Source of the DNA: Candidatus Poribacteria bacterium
Lineage (GTDB): Bacteria; Poribacteria; WGA-4E; UBA9662
Direction: 5' to 3'
Length of the DNA stretch: 39,031 nucleotides
Assembly (NCBI GenBank): GCA_046582655.1
Contig: JAYGDX010000054.1
Span: 1-39,031 of the forward strand
Notes under the pieces: model-generated
Told to the model about the DNA's origin: nothing
The model's database searches: none
The model's input: only the letters and a program-made list of their open reading frames with translations
In this document: positions 19,098 through 28,273 of the stretch, piece by piece
How positions within the stretch are numbered: the stretch's first letter is position 1
Layout of the letters: each line of letters starts with the position of its first letter
Made by a program: the position numbers and the translations under genes

Positions 19098-20358
19098 CTA
19101 TAGTGCGATAACCTGTCCGAGTTGACTGATCGCCGTTTTTCCACCTTGATAATGCATATGCCGCTCACCTGCAATCGGTTGGGTGCTCATTACCTCAAGT
19201 GTGCCGGTAACACTTTTGATGCTTTCATCCGGAACTGTCCAGAAACCCTGAGGGGTTGAGCGTCCCTGAATCTGGTGAATCACCCGCGCTGAGTTTCGAT
19301 CTCTGGCAACCACACTGATTAGGGCATCAGCCTCACCAGTGTTAAAAAACCTAAAGAAATCATGGGCACCAGAATAAATTTCTGGAAAGAACAGCCGAGT
19401 ACCAACAGACCCTAAATGTGGAGAAGCACTGGCAAAACTCAAGACCTGAGAACCACTATGACAGTGCCTTTCACCAAGTACACCGTGGTCACTCGAAACT
19501 TCAAGTGAAACATCCCCTTTTTTGTCGGCGGTACCATCGACCGGAACAATCCAACACTGATAAGGTTCCAATGCTTTCGTCCCACTCCAGACAAAGTTAC
19601 CATTAATATCACGAGCCAACGCGTTAAGGTTCGCTTTGGCGTGGCTGCTTACATTGGTAATAATCACCCAATCTCCCCATCCGCCGGCAGCAATTTGAGG
19701 GAAATAGATTGCCGTCGGCGCCGGTTTACGTCCCTCAGTTACCTGTGCAAGTTGGCCGATTGCTGTTTTTCCACCTTGATAGTGTGAATGCCGCTCACTA
19801 ATAATAGGTTGACTGCTAACAACCTCTAAAGTGCCGGTTAGTTTTCCCAACTGTTGATCATCAACAGTCCAAAAACCTTTTGGCTTGGCCTATCCTGACA
19901 ATTGCTGGATCACTTTTCCCGTACTTCGATCCCTGCCAATCAGGTTGACGCTCGCATCCGCTTCACCAATATTAAAAAACCTGATCCAGTCGCCAATATT
20001 AGGAAGCAATTTCAGAAAAAAAGAGCTTTGTTCCAGCACTATCCAGCTCAATGGCAGCACCAGGAAAATCGCGAACCTGCGATTGATGGTGGCAATGCCG
20101 TTCACCTAACATCGGTTGATCTGCAGATACTTCGAGTGAAACCTCCACACCTTTCTTATTTGCTTGTCCTTCTACCGGGACAACCCAGCACTGAAAAGAT
20201 ACGATTCTTTTAGAGACGCTCCAGACCGCATTCCCATTCTGATCCCGTGCCAGAGCGGTAACGTTGGCTTCTTCTGTGCCAACATTTACAACTTCAACCC
20301 AATCAGCCCATCCGCCCCTGGCAACCTGAGGGAAATAGATCGTACTTGGGGCTGGCAT
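19098..20358 (-). pseudogene. Disrupted paralogue of the four-repeat ERHxH protein
   Basis: ORFs 19999..20358, 19890..20105 and 19098..19850 join into a ~419-aa A-B-A-B protein after removing one base near 20004 and reading through the in-frame TAG at 19890-19892 (LSG*AKPKGFWTV). Confidence 0.9.
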
Positions 20359-20399
20359 ACTTTCCCATCTTGCTTGCCTAAGTCCTTAATCTGCGGTCG

Positions 20400-20429
20400 A
20401 TTATATCGCTTAAGCGTACTACGTGTCAA
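20400..20429 (-). promoter_or_regulatory. Consensus sigma70 promoter for the ERHxH repeat genes
   Basis: TTGACA (20429-20424), 18-nt spacer, TATAAT (20405-20400). The spacer contains the palindrome CGCTTAAGCG (20407-20416). Confidence 0.8.
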
Positions 20430-20445
20430 GGTCAAGGTATCCCAA

Positions 20446-20474
20446 TTGACACGACCCAATTGATGTGGTACCTT
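20446..20474 (+). promoter_or_regulatory. Divergent sigma70 promoter for the FGE-domain gene
   Basis: TTGACA (20446-20451), 17-nt spacer, TACCTT (20469-20474) with the extended -10 TG. Overlapped by CCCAATTGA x2. Confidence 0.55.
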
Positions 20475-20506
20475 TGAGCAGAGAAATATTGCCCATAGAA
20501 AATCAG

Positions 20507-21400
20507 ATGGCAAAACTAATACAATTAGATAGTGGCGACCGGAAACCATATGATATGTTTCAGCCGCGTCGACCTCCCCTGCAGAGCGATACTTCAGAAG
20601 ATTTGCAATTCATCGTAGATCAATACTGGTCATGGCACTTTGATCCTTCAGTTACAAATGCCGCCACGATACTCCTAATGACTGATCTGGGATGGAAGAA
20701 AACAAGCCAGTTAAGCGTTCCGTTAGGTGCCTTGACTTCGCCATTGGGACGAGCCTTGTCACATAGTGACCCAGATATTCGAGATACCGCCCTCACCGTT
20801 TTTGACAGCCAAATTGAAATTCCAGCAGGTACAGTTCTCATAGGTGAAGATCTCACTTCAGTTTTTGTTGACGCCTTCAAAGTCGGCCGCTACCCGGTAA
20901 CCAACGCGCAATACAAAATATTTATTGATGCAACAGACCATCGGTCTCCCTATTCATGGGAAGATAACCAATTCCAACTCAATACTGGTGATCATCCAGT
21001 TGTTTGGGTCAACTGCGAAGATGCGGGAGTCTACGCAGATTGGGTAGGTGGACGCCTTCCCAGCTTCGAAGAATGGGAACGAGCCGCACGTGGCGACGAT
21101 GATAGGCTCTTCACTTGGGGGAGCGAGATCGATAAACCTCGTTGCAATACAGCAGAAGCAGGAGCCAGAACAACGACACCCGTTGGCACCTTTCCGGGTG
21201 GCATCAGTCGATTTGGTTGCTACGATCTACTTGGAAACGTGTGGGAATGGACTAGCACGTGGTATGATGAGAACCGACATTTTCGAGTCGTGCGCGGCGG
21301 TGCTTGGTATTATAATCACGACCACGCGACCTGTATCGGATACGACCTATTCAGCAAAGAATATACTGAGTTCGTAATTGGCTTCCGCGTTTGCTTTTAA
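20507..21400 (+). CDS. FGE-sulfatase (SUMF1/EgtB/PvdO-like) domain protein with unknown N-terminal region
   Basis: YPVTNAQY, HPVVWVN, RLPSFEEWERAARG, DLLGNVWEW, RGGAW, GFR. ATG 20507 is preferred over 20465, which lies inside the promoter. Confidence 0.88.
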   Translation: MAKLIQLDSGDRKPYDMFQPRRPPLQSDTSEDLQFIVDQYWSWHFDPSVTNAATILLMTDLGWKKTSQLSVPLGALTSPLGRALSHSDPDIRDTALTVFDSQIEIPAGTVLIGEDLTSVFVDAFKVGRYPVTNAQYKIFIDATDHRSPYSWEDNQFQLNTGDHPVVWVNCEDAGVYADWVGGRLPSFEEWERAARGDDDRLFTWGSEIDKPRCNTAEAGARTTTPVGTFPGGISRFGCYDLLGNVWEWTSTWYDENRHFRVVRGGAWYYNHDHATCIGYDLFSKEYTEFVIGFRVCF

Positions 21401-21571
21401 TTACTGGTAACTCATCATGACGGTGCTACGGAATTATAGTTTCCCATTCCTACTTCATTATATATAAATCTAATAGCATGTCTATTTCCAAATGTCAAAC
21501 CAACACTAAATCAAATCCAGCTATTTTCTGCTTTACATGCTGCTTGGCTTCAACCTATACTCTGAGGTAGG

Positions 21572-21709
21572 ATGAAATTAATTTATATCTTGAGCTGCCT
21601 TCTTATTCCAATTGTCTGGGCAACGATAGTAAACTGGGTTTTCAACTGGTACCATCGCCGTTTTAGAAAATCACATCAGCTCACCTCAGAAATTGAATAC
21701 CACATCTAA
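21572..21709 (+). CDS. 45-aa single-pass membrane protein missing from the ORF track
   Basis: MKLIYILSCLLIPIVWATIVNWVFNWYHRRFRKSHQLTSEIEYHI. GAGG upstream. The stop lies 2 nt before the TauE ATG. Confidence 0.7.
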   Translation: MKLIYILSCLLIPIVWATIVNWVFNWYHRRFRKSHQLTSEIEYHI

Positions 21710-21711
21710 GA

Positions 21712-22605
21712 ATGCTAGTCCTTATCAATAGTGTACCTGTCAACGTTCTGGGACTACTTGCTGTGGGATGTGCGGTCGGTTTCTTATCTGGATTTTTCGG
21801 AATAGGAGGTGGTGCCCTAATCACCCCAATTCTCCAGATCTTCTTCGGCATCCCTTTTGAGATCTGTGTAGGCAGTATACTTGCTCAAGCAATTGGGACT
21901 TCTTTCTCAGCTACACTCCGGCATTGGCAACTCGGTAATGTGGACTTGAAATTGGCGATCACTTTCGCTGGTGGTAGTTTAATCGGGGTCGAAATTGGCG
22001 CGCGCATTCTTGATCACCTTAAATTAATGGGGCAAATAGAGATTGGCCGGCAACAGATACCAATGGTTGAATTATATCCGAAATGGTTGTTTTTTATACT
22101 ATTACTAGTTGTTGCTATGGGAATCCTGATTGAGTCCTCCAGAAAACGGGAGAGCGGTAATCCGCCTAATGGCTTCCTTAGAAGTTTGCAGGTTCCCCCT
22201 TACATTACATTTCCAACCAGCCGAATCCAACGAATTTCAATTATTTCTGCTACATACCCTGCGCTATTAATCGGGATTATGCCAGGGTTGCTTGGTATTG
22301 GCGGTGGAATAATTATCTTACCTCTTTTAATCTATGGTTATGGTGTTCGTACCCGAATGGCAATTGGCACCAGTCTATCTATTGTATTTTTTTCTGTTTT
22401 TTTTGGTACTGTCGCTCATGGTTTAAGAGGAAATTGCAACCTGACATTGGTTGCAATTTTGCTTGTCGGCTCAACCATAGCAGCACAATTTGGCGCGATT
22501 GCGACTCAAAAGATAAATGCCAGTTCAATACGCTTCTACTTTGCGTTTGTTGTTTTGGCTGTTGACGGCATCATATTGGTTGATCTATTTAAACTGATCT
22601 TCTAA
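21712..22605 (+). CDS. Sulfite exporter TauE/SafE (TSUP) family
   Basis: Two GxxGIGGG repeats, GNVDLKLA, AIGTSL, multiple TMs. Confidence 0.92.
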   Translation: MLVLINSVPVNVLGLLAVGCAVGFLSGFFGIGGGALITPILQIFFGIPFEICVGSILAQAIGTSFSATLRHWQLGNVDLKLAITFAGGSLIGVEIGARILDHLKLMGQIEIGRQQIPMVELYPKWLFFILLLVVAMGILIESSRKRESGNPPNGFLRSLQVPPYITFPTSRIQRISIISATYPALLIGIMPGLLGIGGGIIILPLLIYGYGVRTRMAIGTSLSIVFFSVFFGTVAHGLRGNCNLTLVAILLVGSTIAAQFGAIATQKINASSIRFYFAFVVLAVDGIILVDLFKLIF

Positions 22606-22726
22606 CTAATTAAAGCGAATGTTAGAAACAAACACACCAGCTGTAAATATCGTTAAAACGGACGATACACCTAAAACTGAGACAGAATGTCATAGATCAA
22701 AGGCATCAACCTAAACGAGATTTGCT

Positions 22727-22756
22727 TTGACATTCAACTATGCAATTGTTTATGAT
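22727..22756 (+). promoter_or_regulatory. sigma70 promoter for the S55 protease gene
   Basis: TTGACA (22727-22732), 18-nt spacer, TATGAT (22751-22756). RBS GAGGTGG before TTG 22790. Confidence 0.65.
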
Positions 22757-22789
22757 AAACTGGTGTTAAGTATAATTGAGGTGGACTGA

Positions 22790-24646
22790 TTGAAATTTAG
22801 AAGGATTAGCATAGCAATAATTACGACAACCATTTTGGTAGGATTTGCCTTAGTGGAAGCGCAGATCGCATGGGATCCGGAGAAATTCATGCCACTAGAG
22901 GAAATTAAACCCGGCATGCAAGGCAAATGCTACACCGTCTTTTCCGGTACGACTGTTGAACCGTTTGATTTCGAAGTTATTAGTATCGAATATGACTATA
23001 CACCAACTTGGCACGTCATCTGGATAAAAGGATTAAGTGAAAATTTCAAGCAAACTGGTGGTGCTGGAGGAATGAGTGGCAGTCCTTGCTATATTGATGG
23101 TCGATTGATTGGCGCTTTTTCTCTAGCCTTTTGGAATCAACGTGAGCATGCCAACATAGGAGGGGTTACACCCATTCAGATGATGATCCAAGTAACTCAA
23201 CGAGGCATGACTCCAAACCCAGACTATGCAGGCAATAATTTATTTAACCTGCGAAAAAATTTTGCGGTGCAGGATATCGATTTTCTCCCATTTGGTAAAA
23301 CTCCTAAGAAGTCACCTAATCAGTTTGATACTCCGCTCCTCTCAACCATGAAGTATAGATCTGCTGTTATCCAAACACCCCTCGCTCTTTCAACGATGAA
23401 TCCCAAAATTACGGAAGTCCTTATGCCAGTGCTTGAGGAATACGGAATGACTCCTATTCAAGGTTCTGGTGGTGGCACACCAGTAAAAAGTGCACCAGTG
23501 GCATCAGGTCAGATAGTTGGAATTGAATATGCCAGAGGCGATTTTGCCGCTTTCAGTTATGGCACGATCACCTACATAGAAGGCAAACAAATGCTCGCTT
23601 TCGGTCATAAGATGAGCGGTGAGGGAAACGTAAACCTCCCTCTTTCAGGTGGCTATGTACACTTTACCCTGCCTCTTAATACACGGTCGAGTAAGTACGC
23701 GTCTGCAACAGGACCAATCGGCACACTAGTACAGGACCGAGAAGGTGCTATTGCCGGTTTAATCGGAGACTACCCAAAGTTCCTTCCAATAGATGCTAAG
23801 ATTCAAACAACTGATGGCAAAATTCATAAGAAAAAGTACGAAGTAGCAAGAGATCCAGACATTGCCAGCATGATGGCAATGATAGGTGTTTGGAATATAA
23901 TCGATTCTATAGAGATGTATAGAGGAGATCACCAAATAAACATCGACACTACGATCAAATTAGCTGCGCAAAAAGGTCTGGACGCACAGGAAATAAACCG
24001 TCGCAATATCTTCTCATCAAGTGGATCTCCAGGTATTGCAGCATATCGCTCAATAAGCCCACTAATTGATTTGATGGATAATCCGTATAGCAAAGTAATC
24101 GTTGATAAAGTTAGTATCGATATAAAGATTGAAGACAAGCGAAAAACTGCAATCATTGAAGGTCTACGAGTTGAAAAAGACAATTACCGTCCTGGGGAGT
24201 TAATCGGTATATCTGTGATTTTACGCCCATATCTGGAAAATCCAGTTGTCCAAAAAGCTCAAATTACTATTCCGCAGGATACGCCTGAAGATCAGGTAAC
24301 ACTACTTGTTTCCAGTGGGTCATCCTATGAAAACTGGCAACGTCAGCGTGCACCGCTTAATTATCAACCGAAAAACATCAATCAGCTTGTTAAATTATTA
24401 CAACGTGGTGAAAGTAACTCGGATCTTATAGTTGAACTTTTTATCCCAAAACTCGGCATGACTGTTCAAGGCGAAGAATTTCCTGAGCCAACTGTGTCGA
24501 TGCTATCCATTATGAATAGCCAAACGCAATCTGGAGAGGGAGGGTATACTCGCGGTAGAACCCTCCATACGGAAAAAACATCAACTGATTATGTTCTGGC
24601 TGGAAGTCGCTTCCTGCGAATTATGGTTAATCGAAACGCACGATAG
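22790..24646 (+). CDS. Secreted SpoIVB/peptidase S55-domain protein
   Basis: Signal peptide (..ALVEA), GGMSGSPCYIDGRLIGA (catalytic Ser motif), GTITYIEG..LAFGH (His motif). Confidence 0.88.
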   Translation: MKFRRISIAIITTTILVGFALVEAQIAWDPEKFMPLEEIKPGMQGKCYTVFSGTTVEPFDFEVISIEYDYTPTWHVIWIKGLSENFKQTGGAGGMSGSPCYIDGRLIGAFSLAFWNQREHANIGGVTPIQMMIQVTQRGMTPNPDYAGNNLFNLRKNFAVQDIDFLPFGKTPKKSPNQFDTPLLSTMKYRSAVIQTPLALSTMNPKITEVLMPVLEEYGMTPIQGSGGGTPVKSAPVASGQIVGIEYARGDFAAFSYGTITYIEGKQMLAFGHKMSGEGNVNLPLSGGYVHFTLPLNTRSSKYASATGPIGTLVQDREGAIAGLIGDYPKFLPIDAKIQTTDGKIHKKKYEVARDPDIASMMAMIGVWNIIDSIEMYRGDHQINIDTTIKLAAQKGLDAQEINRRNIFSSSGSPGIAAYRSISPLIDLMDNPYSKVIVDKVSIDIKIEDKRKTAIIEGLRVEKDNYRPGELIGISVILRPYLENPVVQKAQITIPQDTPEDQVTLLVSSGSSYENWQRQRAPLNYQPKNINQLVKLLQRGESNSDLIVELFIPKLGMTVQGEEFPEPTVSMLSIMNSQTQSGEGGYTRGRTLHTEKTSTDYVLAGSRFLRIMVNRNAR

Positions 24647-24728
24647 ATCTGGTAAAAAAACGTTATGGACTGTTTTGATTTCAACTATCACTCGTACGGT
24701 ACTCAATTATATTAGAGGAGAGAATTAT

Positions 24729-26789
24729 ATGGTCACGTTTCATCGGTTTTTTTGCATTTTCATGGTGATTTCATTCACTCTACTGGTTGCAAGTCCGGCA
24801 TTAGCGGTTAAAACAGCAACATGGACGCAACAAAATCACAAGAATTTTGCCAGCGGCACTCTAGAATCTGTCGCAATCTCCAGTAATGGCAAGGTGATGT
24901 TGGCACACAAGTTAAAGAAAATCGCTGACGAAACCGAAGAACTTTATATCTGGTGTCTGGCGGAGGACTCACTCGGCAATATCTATGCGGGAACTGGAAA
25001 TAAGGGTAAAATCTATAAAGTTACTCCCAACGGCCAGTTTTCCCTTTTTTACAATTCCCCTGAAGTCTCAATCTTAAGTTTAGCCATCGACGTTCAAAAT
25101 AATATCTATGCTGGCACAGCCCCAAGCGGTTTAGTCTACAAAATTTCCGCTGGTGGAAATACGCCAACGACAATTCTCAATGCAGATGAGAACTATGTTT
25201 GGTCATTAGCTTTCGACAAGTCTGGTAACCTATACGCCGCAACTGGTACAAATGGTAGACTCTACAAAATTACGCCGGCGGGGAAGGCAGATGTCCTCTT
25301 TGATTCTGACGAAACCAATCTGACCAGCTTACTCTTTCACAACGATCAAATCTATGCTGGCAGTGACGGCAAGGGCACAATCTTCCGAATTGAAATGGAT
25401 GGGACAGTTTCGGTTATCCACCAAACCGGACAAAAGGAAGTACGCGCACTCGTAGCGGGAACAGACGGCGATATTTTTGCTGGTACAGTAACGACACAAT
25501 CACCACAACCTGGCCAAGGAAAACCTCGTCAGCGACCCAGTAGCCCTCCTACTCCGGATGGCAAACCCCCTGAACCAAAAAAGTCATCTATCTACCGGAT
25601 TACCCCAGATGATGTTGTTTCGCGCCTGTGGGTGGCTCCAGATCCACTGGTTTTGTCAATGGTAATGGAGGAGGACAACCTGATCGTTGGTACTGGTGAC
25701 AGCGGCAAGGTCTATCGAGTTGATATGGACGGGAACTTTGTATCATTAGCTAAATGCGAAGCAGGACAGGTAATAGCCATGCATAAAGCGAGATCAGGGA
25801 AACTGGTACTTGCTACTGGAAATGCCGGTAAGATTTTTGAACTAGCAGATGAATACGAAGCAAAAGGAACACTGACTTCAGTTTCCCATGACACGAAATC
25901 AGTTTCCCAATGGGGAAAGATCCACTGGGAAGGAAGTTTGCCTGAAGGAACCGTAATGACACTAGCAACCAGATCCGGTAATACAGAAAAACCTGACAAT
26001 ACTTGGAGTAACTGGTCAGAGGAACTCTCCAAACCAGACGGATCGCAAATTACGAGTCCGCCTGCCCGTTTTGTTCAGTGGCGATCGACTCTTAGTACAA
26101 GCGTGGCAACAGCAGCACCTGTACTGGAAAAGGTAAGGGTTGCGTCAGTGCATTTTAATGTTGCACCAAACATAGAAGATTTGAAGATACACATTGGCCC
26201 TCCTCCTAAAGAACGCCAAAATAATAAAAAGGGTTCTTCGCCAAATAATAAAATCCGGTCCGCTACTTGGAAGGCGAAAGACCTTAATGATGATAAGCTC
26301 CTGTTTGCTGTCTACTATAAAGGAATCAACGAAAAAAACTGGAAATTGAGAAAAAAAGAACTGACGGACCCAAGTTACACTTGGGATTCAACTTCAATGC
26401 CGAACGGTCGATACGAACTTAAAGTTGAAGCTACGGATAAATTAAGCAATATGGAAAACGAAGCCATTTCAATAAAGAAAATAAGTAACCCTTTCGACAT
26501 TGACAATACCCAGCCGGTTCTGGCCGAAATCAAATCCAACCCAACAGACGACAGCACCTTCCAGATCTCGTGTGTTGTTACTGATGAACTTAGCCCAATC
26601 AGTTCGGCTAGCTATAAGATCGATAGCGCAGAACATTGGCAAGCCATGTTTCCCGAAGACGGAATTCTCGATTCCCATCGGGAGGTTCTCCTTCTTGAGA
26701 CCAAAAAACGTGAAGGAGAAGAACACACAATAACCATTATGGTCGCCGATGCTTCTGGTAACAAATCCGTTGCTAGAGGGAGTTTCTAG
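24729..26789 (+). CDS. Secreted beta-propeller protein with C-terminal beta-sandwich/Ig-like domains
   Basis: ATG 24729 follows GAGGAG. Signal ..SPALA. Repeated GNIYAGTG.KGKIYK blades, a Pro-rich loop, TRSGNT..PDNTWS.WS, WDSTSMPNGRY. Confidence 0.85.
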   Translation: MVTFHRFFCIFMVISFTLLVASPALAVKTATWTQQNHKNFASGTLESVAISSNGKVMLAHKLKKIADETEELYIWCLAEDSLGNIYAGTGNKGKIYKVTPNGQFSLFYNSPEVSILSLAIDVQNNIYAGTAPSGLVYKISAGGNTPTTILNADENYVWSLAFDKSGNLYAATGTNGRLYKITPAGKADVLFDSDETNLTSLLFHNDQIYAGSDGKGTIFRIEMDGTVSVIHQTGQKEVRALVAGTDGDIFAGTVTTQSPQPGQGKPRQRPSSPPTPDGKPPEPKKSSIYRITPDDVVSRLWVAPDPLVLSMVMEEDNLIVGTGDSGKVYRVDMDGNFVSLAKCEAGQVIAMHKARSGKLVLATGNAGKIFELADEYEAKGTLTSVSHDTKSVSQWGKIHWEGSLPEGTVMTLATRSGNTEKPDNTWSNWSEELSKPDGSQITSPPARFVQWRSTLSTSVATAAPVLEKVRVASVHFNVAPNIEDLKIHIGPPPKERQNNKKGSSPNNKIRSATWKAKDLNDDKLLFAVYYKGINEKNWKLRKKELTDPSYTWDSTSMPNGRYELKVEATDKLSNMENEAISIKKISNPFDIDNTQPVLAEIKSNPTDDSTFQISCVVTDELSPISSASYKIDSAEHWQAMFPEDGILDSHREVLLLETKKREGEEHTITIMVADASGNKSVARGSF

Positions 26790-26795
26790 GAAAAT

Positions 26796-28148
26796 TCAAG
26801 CTTCTAATACTTCTTGAATTGCAGCATAAACTACGTCCAGTAGCTGATTCAACTCGGTGATTGCAATTGAAAGTGGTGGCATGATAACGATTGTGTTTAC
26901 CAGTGGTCGTAGTATTGCCCCATGCTTCAAAGCCGCTTTACAAACCCGAATGCCAACTTTGTGCTGAGACGAAAACTCTGCTTTGGTTGTTTTGTCTTGC
27001 ACAAGTTCAACGGCACCAATCATTCCAATGGTTCTGACGTCACCAACGTGTTTGAGATTATAAAATGTTTGGAGACGATTTTTGAAATGGATAATTTTTG
27101 GTTGGATCTTCTCAAGCAAATTTTCTCGTTCGAAGATCTCAAGGTTAGCTAATGCAGCAACACAACCCAGTTGATTTCCAGTAAACGTATGACCGTGAAA
27201 AAAAGTCTTCATTTCATGATATTCACCTAGAAATGTGTCATGAATTCGGTTGGTTGTCAAAGTGGCCGCCAGTGGTAAATATCCAGCGGTTAATCCTTTG
27301 GCTGTACACAGAATATCAGGTGCAACATTTTCGTGTTCACAGGCCCACATCCTGCCGGTTCGTCCCAGACCAGTCATCACCTCATCCAGAATTAAGAGGG
27401 TCCCATATTTTTGGGTCAGGTCGGCGACACCCCGCAGAAAGCCATCAGGAGCAATCAGCATGCCACCGGCCCCTTGAACGATGGGCTCAGCCACGACAGC
27501 CGAAATTTTGTCAGCATCTGATTGAAGAACACGCTCCAGTTTGTGCAAACACGCATCACGAACCTCAGCGGGATCATCGCTAATTGTCGATCGATACGCA
27601 TAAGGAGTGGAAACAGAAATTGATGGGAAGAGAAGCGATTGAAAGATCTGGTGGAATAAATCTATTCTGCCGATACTAACTGCGCCAATAGTATCGCCAT
27701 GATAGGCATGATCGATCGAGACGAAAGTATCTCGATGAATCTCACCTTGATGTTGCCAGAATTGATGCGCAATTTTCAAGGCAATTTCTACCGCGGTCGA
27801 TCCATTGTCGGAAAAGAAAACGCGATTCAAACCTTCTGGCGTAATTTCTACCAGCTTTTTGGCGAGTTGGATTGCAGGGACGTTTGAATACCCTAATAGT
27901 GTAGAGTGTGAAACCTTATCGATTTGAGTTTTGAGAGCGTCGTTAATTGCCTGATGCCTGTGGCCATGCACGTTTGTCCACATGGAAGAAATTCCATCAA
28001 TATAGTGTTTGCCATCAATGTCAATTAAGTAAATCCCGTCTCCACGTTCAATGATGATAATCTCTTCTTCGAACCACTCCTTCATCTGAGTGAAAGGATG
28101 CCAAAGATACCGCTTATCCCATTCTGTCAGCGCCTGTTTTGAACTCAT
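26796..28148 (-). CDS. bioA: Adenosylmethionine-8-amino-7-oxononanoate aminotransferase
   Basis: LWHPFTQM, FSDNGSTAVEIALK, AYHGDT, DEVMTGLGRTG, AKGLTAGYLP. Confidence 0.93.
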   Translation of the reverse strand: MSSKQALTEWDKRYLWHPFTQMKEWFEEEIIIIERGDGIYLIDIDGKHYIDGISSMWTNVHGHRHQAINDALKTQIDKVSHSTLLGYSNVPAIQLAKKLVEITPEGLNRVFFSDNGSTAVEIALKIAHQFWQHQGEIHRDTFVSIDHAYHGDTIGAVSIGRIDLFHQIFQSLLFPSISVSTPYAYRSTISDDPAEVRDACLHKLERVLQSDADKISAVVAEPIVQGAGGMLIAPDGFLRGVADLTQKYGTLLILDEVMTGLGRTGRMWACEHENVAPDILCTAKGLTAGYLPLAATLTTNRIHDTFLGEYHEMKTFFHGHTFTGNQLGCVAALANLEIFERENLLEKIQPKIIHFKNRLQTFYNLKHVGDVRTIGMIGAVELVQDKTTKAEFSSQHKVGIRVCKAALKHGAILRPLVNTIVIMPPLSIAITELNQLLDVVYAAIQEVLEA

Positions 28149-28273
28149 AAAAAAATTATATCAAGTATAAAGTCATTATACTATTCCATTTGAGTTTAAA
28201 GTTAAAAATTGTTAAACTAGATTTTAATTGCAATAAATCACTAAAAATGTAGCGTCAACACAGGTAAATAAAT

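Noticed and set aside
19890..19892. In-frame TAG as pyrrolysine or amber recoding
   Set aside because: TAG is the normal stop of radA, ssb and rpsR here, and the same gene also has a frameshift.
20424..20437. GTCAAG GTCAAG as a CtsR box
   Set aside because: Lacks the 3-nt spacer and the GGTCAAA heptads, and the first copy is simply the -35 element.
20507..21400. FGE/C-type-lectin-fold gene as a diversity-generating retroelement target
   Set aside because: No reverse transcriptase and no near-duplicate template repeat of its 3' end seen in the window.
24591..24728. ORF-track start of the propeller gene overlapping the protease
   Set aside because: ATG 24729 has a GAGGAG RBS and begins a clean signal peptide.
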